Assembly (NCBI GenBank): GCA_973895155.1
Contig: OZ316892.1
Location: 13,139,170 to 13,203,169, forward strand
Origin: Marsupella aquatica
Lineage: Eukaryota; Plantae; Marchantiophyta
Reading direction: 5' to 3'
Length of the DNA stretch: 64,000 nucleotides
The notes beneath the pieces are model-generated. The model did not search any database, was not told the DNA's origin, and was given only the letters and a program-made list of their open reading frames with translations. The position numbers and the translations under genes are program-made. This document shows, piece by piece, positions 12,194 through 24,607 of the stretch. The stretch's first letter is position 1, and each line of letters begins with the position of its first letter.

Positions 12194-13754
12194 TAGGGGG
12201 TCTCAAATATAGGCAATGGTCTTGGTTTCGGACGGCCTAACTACACTTTCACCGTAATTAGTGTGAGTAACACTAATTCGAGAGTGTTCACTTTCGGGGT
12301 CTACTTGCGAATTAGTGTTAGTCACACTAATTCCGAGCAAACACTAATGCTGCGCTCGTCAAATAGTGTTACATAACATTAATTTGCTGCACAAAAAATA
12401 ATGTTATGTAACACTAACTCACGTGACTTTTCTACTTGTATTGTGCGGTGCTAGAATGACAAGACTTCAAGTGTTCTTGGCAACCAGGCCTCTTATCACA
12501 GGCTCTTTGTTAGGGTATAATTCAATTGTCACTCTCATTCAGGCTAACATTGATTGATGAGCACAATGTGAGTGGTACTTCAATGTGAGCTGACATAAAA
12601 AGACCTCTAATATGTTGAGCATAGACGACAATCGCAACGGCAAGCCCATGAACCATCCAACGCACAAGAGTTAACAGATACATGGTTCACCTCCACATGA
12701 GGTTACGTCCAGGGGAACACACATGAGCTTTATTGCACTCTAGACCGACCAGCCATACCAAGCATCCACAGCGCAAGCTCTCTCCATCTCTCAACTAGCT
12801 CCGTAACAATGAGCCTGAGTTCCCACTATCCAAGCAAACACCGTTTGGTTATAGAGTGTGCACAGCACGACTAACCTAACCAAGTCTGTGACTAAGGTTA
12901 GCCTTAACTACAGTACAGTCGTAACTCTAGACCTAAGAGTAAATCCTAACATAATAGATGTTTTAGCCTCCACGGATATAGAGCTCTCCGCACCTCCAAA
13001 TGCTCTATTGTTGGATGTGAAATAAAACCTCCAAAAATGATTGTACACGGGAGTAAATGTTACGGAGCCCTCAAATCCCTAGTAGATACTCTAGCCCTCC
13101 ACGACTACAGAGCTTTCACCTCCAGATGCACTACAGTAATATGTTGAACAAAACATTTCAACAAAACTTTTTAAAAAACTTGAAAACCAACACCAATTAG
13201 TGTTACTTTTGTTTTGGGATCAAGTTCACATAAATTAGTGTGACTAACACTAATTTGGACATAACACTAATTACAGTGAATAGTGTAGATAAGTGCATGA
13301 AATTACAATGTGTAAGCTGCATTAATCAATAAATGATTCTTGCGTATGCATCCCGCTAACTGATAAATGCATGTGTACATAGGCAAAATGCACTTACATA
13401 TTTGTTGTTTAGTGTTGGTAGAGATGCAGGAACTAGAAAATGCATTACTAATTAGTGTGACTAACACAAATTTGGACATAACACTAATTATGGTGAACAG
13501 TGTAGGTTCGGGCAGATGCGGGTGTGGCCCGCACAACCCTGCCACGGGAGTTGACTGTTTCTTGTTGACTTCAATTTGCACCAGAAATATTGGCTGCATG
13601 TTAAGTGCCGGACCTGCGGGTCACTCAGTATAACCCCTAAAAATATTGGAGTTATAAAACTGCCAGCAACCGTAAAAGACACCCGCGGTCTAAGTTACTG
13701 TCTACAATAGAGTTCTGGCAAAATAACCTGCGACCCTATATTTGAGACCCCCTA
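12194..13754. mobile_element. Non-autonomous TIR DNA transposon with a perfect 20-bp TIR; superfamily uncertain (hAT-like TAGGG end or TA-flanked)
   Basis: TAGGGGGTCTCAAATATAGG (12194-12213) and its exact reverse complement CCTATATTTGAGACCCCCTA (13735-13754). No 8-bp TSD is visible and there is no transposase ORF. Confidence 0.7.
12244..13502. mobile_element. Nested TA-flanked TIR element with palindromic subterminal repeats and a duplicated right end
   Basis: The left end is TA|CACTTTCACCGTAATTAGTGT (12244). Right ends are ACACTAATTACAGTGAATAGTG|TA (ends 13285) and ACACTAATTATGGTGAACAGTG|TA (ends 13502). AATTAGTGT-N5-ACACTAATT palindromes recur at ~12256, 12311, 13233 and 13450. Confidence 0.65.
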
Positions 13755-14611
13755 CTGGCACTAGTCAGGCCCGGGCGCCGGAAGGCAAGACACAACAAGT
13801 GGCACCAGTCAGGCCAAGGGACCTGATAGGCCACCGCTCACTGTCCCTATCATTGTCACTACAATGCTCTAACCTAAACTGCCTAGCACTCTTACTAGTG
13901 ACAAGCAAAACACACATAGCTAAACTCAGTGATATGACTCTCAATCCTAACCTGAATCCGTGTTTATCCTTCAGGACCTGAAACTTCCAAGTGTGGGGCT
14001 TCTCTTTCCTAGTAATGTTTGTCATCAATGCTCTCACCTAGTGGAATGGGGTCATTAGTCTTCTCCCATTGTTGGTCAATGGCAGTCTGAAGTTGTTTGC
14101 CTTGTTATCAGAGTGGCTTATGGGTGATTTTTGGTTTGCCTAAGAAGAATCCACCCTAGAAGCCTCCCCAGGAAATGAGAGTAGGCAGTTATGTTTCTCT
14201 TCTTCCACATGCTTCTGCATATTTTCATATCAGGATCAGAGGATTGGGTTTCCTCTTGTTCCGCTGAATAGCCCTGGTAATAGCTTCATACAGGGAGCTG
14301 ATGGGGCTCAAATGTGCAGGAGCACCATGTAGTAATTTGTGCAATGCAAGCATAACTTGTTGGATTATTAGAACGGGGTGCAAACAAAGGTTATTTATAA
14401 TCTTGTCGGGCTAATAATTATAATCAAAAACTTATACTAAAGATATTTAAAACTCCAATTTTGGTAAAAATATTATTTGTTATATTCAACATGGTACTGA
14501 AAATTTTGTCAATTACATATATTAAAGGGTACAAATTAAGGTCTCTCAATTAAATTTATTTTTTATAATTTTATTGGTTTGTAGTAGCAAAACTCGACTG
14601 CCCCTCCCACT

Positions 14612-14910
14612 TGTGCTCCATACATACACGTGCTCAATAGTTACGTGGTTCGCCTCAAGGTTGGCTACGTCCACGGGAAGACCAAACTTTATTAACGGTT
14701 ATGTGTCTACTCAAGCATCACCACAGCTCCCATCTCTTCAAGCTCTCATCTCTTGCTATATCATTGTGTTCTCTCTTAAGAACTCTCTTGTGTGTTCTCA
14801 CACCACATAGAAGTTGAAGAGATAAGGACCAATCTCTTCAACTAGGGTTTACTCTAACCCTAGTTAATATACTAACCATAGTTCAACCCAAGACTGAGTT
14901 AACCTCTACA
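14612..14910 (-). repeat. 3' LTR of the copia element
   Basis: TGTGCTCCATAC...AACCTCTACA, next to the polypurine tract AGGGGGAGTT (minus strand, 14911-14920). Confidence 0.95.
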
Positions 14911-15104
14911 AACTCCCCCTTGACTCACATCTTGGGAGGGTTCATAACATTGTTTTTTCCTTACAAGTTCCTCCGCGGGAAGTTCAAGACATTAGGGCCA
15001 AAAGACCCTCCCCCTAATGCAAGGGTTAACTAGAACTAAGCCATAGTCGATAAGCCATCGGATGGAGTACTCATATAGAGACATTTTCTTGGTTAACTCT
15101 ATAT

Positions 15105-18100
15105 TTATAATATTTGTAAATAATTACAATGCCTTGAAAACCTATTGGAGTCTAATACTTTGGTAAAAGCATCCGCTGGATTAAGCTTTCCATCAATCTT
15201 GACAAGCTCAAACTCATCATCCGATAATGCCTGTCGGATGAAATGATAGCGGACATCAATGTGCTTTACCCTGCCATCCATCACCTGATTCTTGGCAGTG
15301 TAAATTGCACTTTGACTGTCACAATGAAGATAGACACAATCTTGTGATAAGCTCATCTCCGTGACAATCTTTTTCAACCAAATGGTCTCTGATGTTGCTT
15401 CTGCTGCCGCTACATACTCGGCATCCATAGTAGACTTTGCAACACACTTTTGGAGAGTAGACTTCCAACTAATGCATCCACCAGCAAGTGTAAATACATA
15501 TCCAGTTGTCGATCTCCTCTTATCCAGATCACCTGCGTAGTCTGCATCCACATAACCTTGAAGCACTTTCATATTGTTTGAACTTGCATCAAACAATAAA
15601 CCCTTCTTAGTGGAACCTCTGATGTAGCGCAAAATCCATTTCACTGCTTCCCAATAAACTTTTCCTGGATTTGCCATGTATCTGCTTACCTTGCTAACGG
15701 CATAAGCTATGTCTGGTCGGGTGCATACCATGAGATACATTAAACTACCCACAACACTTTCATAAGGAACTTTGGACATTGAACTTTTTTCTGTCGCATC
15801 CGATGGACAAAATGTTGCAGAAATATTGAAATGCCTTGCCAAAGGAACACTCACAGCCTTAGCATCTGCCATGTTGAATTTTGAGAGTACCTTCTCTGCA
15901 TATCTTTTATGCGTCAGCCAAAGTTTGGCTTTGTTAACATCCCTGACAATCTCCATGTCTAGGATCCTCTTGGTTGTGCCCAAATCCTTCATCTTAAACT
16001 CAAAACTGAGTTGGGCCTTAAGTTTGTCAACTTTGCCCCTATCCTGTGCTGCCATGAGCATGTCATCCACATAAAGTACAAGGATGACAAGCTTAAAACC
16101 TGTGTTGTTCACACGCCTGATGTAAACACATGGATTGTACACGCTTCGCACAAATCCAAGTGATTTCAAAAATTCATCAAAACGCTTGTTCCACTGCCTT
16201 GGGCTCTGCTTTAATCCATACAAGGATTTTAGCAACCTGCATACCAAATTTCCCTTGTCCTTTTGCACAAAACCCTCTGGTTGCCTCATGTAAATCACCT
16301 CATCCAACGATCCATATAAGAATGTCGTGACAACATCTATTTGATCTAAAACCAGATCAAATAAAACTACAAGAGCACATAGCAAACGTATTGTTGAATA
16401 CTTTGCTACGGGTGAAAAAACCTCATTGTAGTCTATACACTTTCTGTTGAGTAAAACCCTTGGTTACCAACCGAGCCTTAAATATTTTCTCAGCATCCTT
16501 TGTGGGTTCATCTTTCTTCCTATACACCCACTTGCTGTCAATAGCCTGCTTGTCACTAAGTAGACTTGTGAGTTCCCAAGTCTTGTTATCATGAAGTGAT
16601 TTTATTTCCATGCGCATCGCCGTCTGCCATTGTTGCTTCTCCATAGAAGCTAGGACCTCTCGAAATGAGGATGGATCTCCATCTTCTGTCACCAATGCAT
16701 CAATAGATTCTTCATCCAAATCCACATGATGAGAAGGAAGCCAAGTTCCATACCTTTTCTGGGCTTGACGTTTACGAGTTCCTCTTCGCACTGAAGACTC
16801 TGGTTGATCTGATTGTAGTGCACTTTGCCTTACAGTAGTGTCAACATATTCTTCATTTGACACATCCTCTCCCCTTAAATCCTCTAGAGGAGGAGATTGC
16901 TTGTTGTTAGTAGTAGGGAATTGACCTATCTCCCCCTCCTTCAATGATTTGTCTTCATTGAAGGATACATCCCGACTAACAAGTAACTTGCAATCAACTG
17001 GATCCCACAATCGATATCCTTTAACGTCACGCTGATAACCAAGAAAAATGCATTTTTGGGCTCTAGGATCTAGCTTAGTCCTATTGTTGCTAGGAACATG
17101 TGCATATGCTTCACAGCCAAAAACCTTAAGCTTTGAATAATCAACAGGTCGATTGTGTCATAGCTCAAAGGGGGTTTTATAAGTAATTGCCCAACTAGGA
17201 GAGAGATTTACTAGATAAGCAGTTATGTTGACAACTTCCGCCCAAAAGATTTGTGGCAATTTAGAGTGGCTCAACATGCTCCTTGCTCGCTCCAACAATG
17301 TGCGGTTGAGTCGCTCAGCAACACCATTTTGCTCAGGAGTGTACACAGTTGTGAGATGGTGAGTAATTCCCTTATTTGCATAATACGTGTTGAACTCGCC
17401 AAAGGTGTATTCACCATCATTATCTGATCGTAGATATCTCACATTCTCTGTAGTCTGTGTCTCAACTTGAGCTACCCATTGTTTGAAGATGGAAAGCACT
17501 TCAAACTTATGGGCAATGAAGTAAATCCAAACAAACCTTGAGTAATCATCGATAAACGATACATAGTATTGTTTGCCTGAATGTGAGGAAACCGGAGCAG
17601 GATCCCACACATCGGAATGAATATACTCAAGTACAACTTTAGAATGATGAATGGCAGTCGGAAATGAAGTTCTTGTTTTCTTGCCGATAATGCAATGATC
17701 ACAAAAACTCAACTTGCATGCTTGCAATCCTGGTAGGAGATGTCGCTTGTGTAGGATTTCCAAACTTTTTTCACTCATGTGACCAAGCCGAGCATGCCAT
17801 AAATTGATTTTCTCCTCCTGAGATGTGACCAAATTGACTTTGGCAAGAATGGTGGTGCCTTCCAAGACATAGATGTTTCTTTTCCTCTTGCCAATAAGAA
17901 CTTTATTTGATCCGTGCATGACTGTTAACAGCCCATCAGTTGCACTCCATTGATTACCCTTCGCATCCAAGTAGCCAAGAGAAATCAAATTCTTACACAT
18001 TTCTGGAATGTGTCGGACATTTGATAGAGTACAGTACTTGCCACCGGGTAGTTGAATCTTTACGGATCCAATCCCTAAAACTTTGCAAGAATGATTATTT

Positions 18101-19140
18101 TCCATCAAAATAGATCCGTTGATAGGAGTGTAGGATGAGAAAAGTTCACGCATATAACACACGTGATACGAGCAAGCGGAATCCAAGATCCATTGACAAT
18201 CCTCAACTTGGGAAGTGGTACACAGTGCAAATCCTTCACTATCCTCTTTTCGAACAACTACTTGGGCTAAAGAACCAGCAACTTCCTTGAATGTGTCTTT
18301 GACGCGACAATCCTTCTTCATGTGGCCCACTTTGTCACACTTCCAACACTTTATCTCACGAGTAGACCTGGATGGTGATTTGGATCGAGATCTAGATCTG
18401 GATCTAAACCTCCTCCTACCAAAGGATCGGTCGTGGAACCTTCCTCGCTCCATGGGAAGTGGGTTAAACCGTTTATTTTCATGAGATGACTCCCTTGTTT
18501 TGCCTCTTTCTACCAATAGTGCTGTTGATGATGAGGTTGAGGTAGGATGAGCTGAAGAAACCAGCTTAGACTGCATATCATCGGTCAACAGGGCACTCAC
18601 TACATCATTGTAGGATATAGTTATCTTATCACGGAATAGAAGAACTCGAGACAAAGATTGGTACGAAGGTGGTAGTGAGCTCAAGAGTTGTAAGGCTTTC
18701 TTTTCTTCGCTCAAATGCTCCCCAAAATTCTCTAGGTCAACCACAAGATCATTGAACTGATCGATATGATCTTGAATCTTGACTCTATCAGCCATTTTGA
18801 ATTGCATGAGCTTCAGGCTTGTATACATTCAATTTGACATCTCCTTCTTGTAGTACTTGTTGCGCAATGCTTGAAACAAGTCCGTCACCGTTTGTGTTAC
18901 TTTTTCCTCGAACTGCTTCTTCACATTGTTTTTCAGGTACATGCCAACAATACTTACCGCTTGATCTTGGAGATCATGCCAATCATCATCTTCCATCTCC
19001 TTGGGTTGAGATCTTAGTACCTTGCCTAGGCCCATCGCCCTAAGTGCATCCCTCACGTTATGTTCCCACATTGTATAGTCCATCCGACCATCAAATTTTT
19101 CCACCTCAAACCTTTGACCTCCAATCCTAGTAGTCGCCAT
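15105..19140 (-). pseudogene. Disrupted copia gag-pol polyprotein
   Basis: Motifs present: Gag (FEVEKFDG), zinc knuckle CWKCDKVGHMKKDC, protease WILDSAC, GAG-pre-integrase LWHARLGHMS, integrase D-D-E, RT LYVDDML and RNase H ADYAGDLDKRRSTTG...KHIDVRYHFIR. The frame is broken by in-frame TGA stops at 18829-18831 and 17158-17160 and a frameshift near 16440. Confidence 0.95.
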
Positions 19141-20296
19141 CGCTGGAATGCCAAATGTAGTGTGGAGTCGCCTTCCGACAAGAAATAAACGTCGAATGCT
19201 CAGATGTGGGGTGTGAAAATAAGGCCAAAAATGAAAGTTGGTGAATTTTGAAACTGATCACTCCTATGTGTAGCCCACAAGGTAACGCTCCGAATTCTGA
19301 AAATAGTTTGTCAAATGGACTTTCGAGTGCCAAGAATTTTTACTCCAACCGGAGGGGGGTAAAAGATGAAATAATTACCCCTCGAGGGAATCTCTTATGC
19401 CGAAGATTCCACTAGTGTACTTTTTCAGAATCGAACGCACCAATACTTGCCTAGCTTCCCCAAGTACGCCTCTCCAAAAGTTAAAGTTAATCCAATTTTA
19501 TTTGCCATTCCGAATCTTCAATTTTCGGTAAAAATTTAAGCCTCTGGAAAAGAATCTTTTTAGGAAATTTTGTCCGCCCTTGTACAGCCCCTGTGGGGGA
19601 CTTCACATGGGGCACTTCCCCCTGCCCGAGCCCTGTCGAGCCCTAATAGGCCTCCTCGAAGTTTTTGACCTCCTTGCGTGTCCGCGGAAGTCGCGACTAC
19701 TCGCGGCAGAAAGTACCCCTCGGCAGATTCACTCAAATTCCCGTCTCAGTTTTTGACGAAATCCAATTCTGATTTCAGATTCATAAACTAGACTTCGAGG
19801 GCATCAAGATTGATATAAAGAACTCGCAAAACAGTGGAGTAATGAGGGAGAAACAATTCGGTGAAAGTGACTGATATTAAGTTATCCGCCATAGCCAAAA
19901 TTTCGAGCTCAAAAAACGAGAATTGAAATTAAGATTGCTTCTCAACCGTTTGACGGAATTCAACGATGTTGATATCGAAACGTCTAGAAAGACAGGGCGC
20001 TCAAGCGTGTCTCAGTTTCAAGTCCCGATAGAACAATCAAAAAGATTGATCTGAGAAATTGACCTTATCTCTTGCCCGATAACATAAATTGAAAACCGTC
20101 ACTTACAATTGTTTCCGTTTCTGACCTCAGGCCTTCATTGCTTCACTGAAATGAGCCCCTGGTTGTATGCTCCACACTTGTGAGAAGATCAAGTCCGATC
20201 TTCTTTCAATAGCTCCGCTTCGAAGAGGAAATCATCCGCTGTTCGCTTTGCTTGAAGCAAGTTCTATGGAGTCCCTAATCGACTGAAAAAATCTGA

Positions 20297-20308
20297 GCTC
20301 TGATACCA
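20297..20308 (-). other. Primer-binding site complementary to initiator tRNA-Met
   Basis: TGGTATCAGAGC on the minus strand, 2 nt inside the 5' LTR. Confidence 0.93.
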
Positions 20309-20310
20309 AT

Positions 20311-20609
20311 TGTGCTCCATACATACACGTGCTCAATAGTTACGTGGTTCGCCTCAAGGTTGGCTACGTCCACGGGAAGACCAAACTTTATTAACGGTTA
20401 TGTGTCTACTCAAGCATCACCATAGCTCCCATCTCTTCAAGCTCTCATCTCTTGCTATATCACTGTGTTCTCTCTTGAGAACTCTCTTGTGTGTTCTCAC
20501 ACCACATAGAAGTTGAAGAGATAAGGACCAATCTCTTCAACTAGGGTTTACTCTAACCCTAGTTAATATACTAACCATAGTTCAACCCAAGACTGAGTTA
20601 ACCTCTACA
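20311..20609 (-). repeat. 5' LTR of the copia element
   Basis: Near-identical to 14612-14910 and flanked by the PBS and the CCACT TSD. Confidence 0.95.
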
Positions 20610-22571
20610 CCACTTAGCTTCGGCATCGCTAACTCCGAGGCCAAGCTCCTCTATGGTCCGAGCCTCCACAAGGGCCATCCGATGGGAACTAAGTATGGGG
20701 AGACTTGTGGGCAATGAAGTGTTGCACTAGCAAAGGCAATGCGGTGGGTTGGTGGCGCACACAAAGGACTTAGAGTGACATTGGGAGTTAGTCAGGTCAT
20801 GGGAAGGATTTTCCAAACCCCCGGACGGACTCTAAGTTTTGAGGACTTGAATGAGAGCTCCTCTTGGGCCCAAGGCCAAGAAGTTTAGCTCATGTGGAAT
20901 GGACACTCGAGTGGACACTTGGTGCATGAGATACGGCACAGCTAGACCATGAGATACGACACGGTTTGGGTATAGCCATCAGGGACCCCAGCTGAAAATA
21001 AGTTATGAGGGCCTTGGCATGAGCACTGCGCCGGCCTAATCACTACGGGCTAAGGCTCACATATGGAAGTCTAACTAGAAACTTATGGGCATAACAAGTT
21101 AGCTTTGTGCCCAATTGATTGGGTTGAAGTCTAGGTTTAGGGCCAAATATAAGAGACCAAAGTTGGTGTAGGGGTGATAGGTCACTAGAATTATATATGA
21201 GGGGAGTGGTACAGTATCCTAGTAGATTAGGGGCGAGCCCAAGTCGTGAACCGTGACAATCAACGTGAAGTCCATTGGAGGACTTCTTGGGTGCATTGGA
21301 AATCTGATGAATACATCCTCTTGAGCTCAGCTGAGTCTAGGGGTGCCTTTGGTCCTCAAGGTTTGCAAGGGCTATCTTGCACACTTGCAAATCCTACCAA
21401 AATAGCAGTCAAACCACGTTTAATTTTCCACAAGAACTTTGGCAAAAGCTGCTTTGAAGGGCCGAATTGATTGGTTGAAGGGTGTAATGTTTTTATTTGT
21501 AGATCATCTCGAGCATTTTTTTGATATTTCCCACTCGGATTCAATCTTGTAGTTTTTCTAGCGATTACAATGGCTTCTTTGTTTATAATTAATGATTTGT
21601 TTTATTCAAAACTTGTGTTGGGGAGGCAATGCAGAGTAGGGATGGGTGTTGAGGTCCAAGTGCATCTAGACTATCAATTGAGTTGGAGCCATAGAAATGG
21701 TTGCTAGAGTCAAGGCCAAATTGGTCCCGACGTTTAGGACAAGTTTCAGGAGAAGCTAGCTATTTGGGCCATGGGCATGTCCTGAAGACAGACTCATAAC
21801 TCTTAGAAAACCTTAGTTGAAATTCAGGACATGAGCCATCGCCAATCAATTCCCCATTTCAATTGTAACCTTGATCAGTGTACATAGAACACAACTCTAG
21901 CTTTGATCAAAGCGGTTATATCAATCATGGACTGGACATTACAACTTTGTTGAGCACTTAGGCATATACCTATCTGCAATAGCAGATTAGGCTATTTTTA
22001 CGTACACTTGATTTATGATGAACTTTTCCCCTCAGCTCCATGACTCCACATCTATCTTATAATTATCTGGTTTTTATTTGATGTACTTGGATGAAAAAGT
22101 GAAAAGCTTGATAGAGCTCCACATTAAACAACATAGGATTAGCAAATGAGTGTCAGACTTCCCGCCAAGCATGCACGAACCATGTCATTGTTTTTTACTT
22201 GTATTGACATCGACCAAGCTCTGTTTGATTTGCTTGGCGCCAGACCCAGTAGGCGCATTAAATGAATTTGACCTTACAGAATAGAGTAATCTTGCAATCC
22301 ATGACAATGTAGGTTCAATTAAGTGAATGTTTGAACCTGCTTTCATTCTTGTTGTCATACTAAGCACACCTGGAAGACCAAATGTAATCGTAGGTAAACT
22401 CACATGAATAAGGCAATGTCCATATATGTCAGTTTAATTGACTATAATGCCAGATATATGCGTCAATCAGTACATGCCTATGTGGTTATGATCATGGTTC
22501 TAGATTTTCAGGTACTCAATTGTTGTTTTTCTTTTGGAGTACTCATTCTGGGTTGTGCTGATTGGCAAGCT

Positions 22572-22669
22572 GTGACTAGCAGGGTTTGAGTGAATGTGAA
22601 TTGGGCCCTAGTATTCTGGTGTGACTAGCAGGGTTTGAGTGAATGTGAATTGGGCCCTAGTATTCTGGT
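22572..22669. repeat. Perfect 49-bp tandem duplication
   Basis: GTGACTAGCAGGGTTTGAGTGAATGTGAATTGGGCCCTAGTATTCTGGT x2. Confidence 0.95.
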
Positions 22670-23386
22670 GCTGCTTTGCTCCACCCATGTTTGATTGGGC
22701 TCATTGATGACCTGATCATTGACGGAACTACTGAGTCTGCAAAGCTGTTGAGTGTGCTTACTGCTTGTTTTGCTGGACCTGCAATCACATATTATTGTGT
22801 ATTGTGACCTTGTTGCTAACATTTAATTTTTGAAGGTTTTGGTTGCAAGGAGCTGGGTGACTTTTGTCTAGCTATGCTGAGCGGACTAGGTATGCTAAAT
22901 TTTTGATACATCCAAAAGAGGTCAGTATCCCTAACCAATATGAACTGATCGAATATACGGAAAGGGATATTTCCTCTAACTTCCAATGCTGTATTGTATG
23001 ACATTAATCACCATGGGCCAATCTGAAGTATTCATTGTCTAAGTAATTCCTGGCTTCTAGCTGCAACGTCCACATGAGCCCAAGTGAGGTCCAACTTGGA
23101 GCCTTAATCACATTGTTGTTATGTGGGGACGATATAGTTGGTTCCGTCCAGGACTTGTTGTACTGAAGTGAGCTCCTGCTTGGAGGTGCAATGTGAAGCT
23201 GAGCAATTAATTTACATCTAGCTTTGCTCATGTATTGAAGTGAGCTCATGCTTGGAGGTTTAGAGACAAGGGTTTGTGGAGCTAGGTGACTTCTGTCCAT
23301 CCACACTCAGCTGAGTGAGTATCCTGAACCTGGAATGTTGAGTGAAGATAGGCCAACAATGTTGCTAACTTCTTTTTTGCATATTA

Positions 23387-24302
23387 TTATGGTTCCCAAA
23401 GAGGCCTGCTAATGAAAGACACGTTTGAATTGGCTACAACAAGGAATAGAAGAAGCAATTGCCAAGACTGAGCTGCTAGTTGGCTGAAAATGACGTTGCA
23501 GCTTGTTGGCCTACCAACAAACCTGTTCACGAATAAGAGTGGGAGAGCCATTCTTATTACAAGGATCAATGGCAGCACAAGGTGTCCCTGATGAAGTGGG
23601 TATGATGATATCTGGTCACCATACAACTGATGGCTACCAAAGGTATGACCAAACCAAAGCTCCTGACATTGGAAGCAACGACTTGTCTCTGCAAGGCCTA
23701 ATTTGAATGATGAGACTGCCCTTATAGTTGTCTCAAAGAGGTTTGTGCAAGACAAGGTAGTTGAAAACTTAGAAAGGTTGAATCTTTTGATTGGTCCGAC
23801 GATTACTCCCTTACTCCAACATGTGAGTTGAACCTTGCTGCCTCCAGTCATCTGCAAGGACGTGACCAGAAATTTTGATATAAGGAGCAGCACAAACACG
23901 ATGCAAGTAGGCGCTTTAGGCTTTGTTCATTTTCTTGATTTCAATAGTTTGTGGTTGCCAATTGTGTATTAATTTTGGTGAGCTTCTGTCACAGGAGAGC
24001 AATGCTGCCAAAACTTCAAAGAGAGCACAGGGGAACATCCCCACTGAAAAGGTCATTTAATGACACAAGGAGCATATTGAGAAAGTCTCGCAATGGCATA
24101 TAAGGAGGTGGATGAAGTCAATTTTGATGCAAACTCGACACAAAATCCTAATTTGGTGAAACACTTTGGAGAATCAAGCAATTGCCATGTTTATGGAGGA
24201 AGTAGCATGAGCGATAATCAGTTTTAGAATTGTATGATTAATATCATTTGTGGCAACAAGAAAGATGACGACGGCAACAAGGAGAATCATGCATGCCCAT
24301 AG
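23387..24302 (+). pseudogene. Decayed tyrosine-recombinase ORF (Crypton / DUF3504-like)
   Basis: Across a frameshift at ~23565-23568 it reads ASWLKMTLQLVGLPTNLFTNKSGRAILITR/MAAQGVPDEVGMMISGHHTTDGYQRYDQT. This fits the [H/K]xxR...GH...Y box-II layout of tyrosine recombinases. A downstream 'F*NCMINI' tail lies at ~24222-24246. Confidence 0.7.
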
Positions 24303-24607
24303 CAATTGATTACAATAGCCATTTTGTATTTCAAAGTTGGAAGTATAGTGTAGATCAAGGCTAGTGTGTACATAATGAGTTACGTGTTAAACAAAACAAC
24401 ACAGATCGTGTGAATCATGCGATAGAGTAAGATACTCAAGTTTTTTATTAAACTTTTGTCAAGGAATTGATTGTGAACACGTATCTCGACAATGACTCTG
24501 TGATTAAATTTGAATAAAGCGGCATGATGGAATTTACTCATTTGAAAGATGTTGCATAAATCAACATTCTGTGAAGATTGTTGTTGCAATCTATGGCATC
24601 CATGTAT

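Larger units (their letters stand above)
14612..20609 (-). mobile_element. Full-length Ty1/copia LTR retrotransposon (Tork/Tnt1-like)
   Basis: Two 299-bp TG...CA LTRs (14612-14910, 20311-20609) with 3 visible mismatches and a 5-bp TSD CCACT (14607-14611, 20610-20614). A PBS, a PPT and the gag-PR-INT-RT-RH domain order are present. Confidence 0.97.

Noticed and set aside
18829-18831. Gag stop directly followed by an in-frame ORF, suggesting programmed read-through
   Set aside because: The stop falls inside the gag domain, where an Arg codon is expected, and the element has other inactivating lesions. A CGA>TGA mutation is simpler.
20615-21258. LTR-like sequence ending in CCGTGACA that may have hosted the copia insertion
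   Set aside because: No matching TSD, partner LTR or internal domain could be found.
23387-23899. 170-aa minus-strand ORF
   Set aside because: It has no recognisable motifs and is antisense to the plus-strand recombinase relic.
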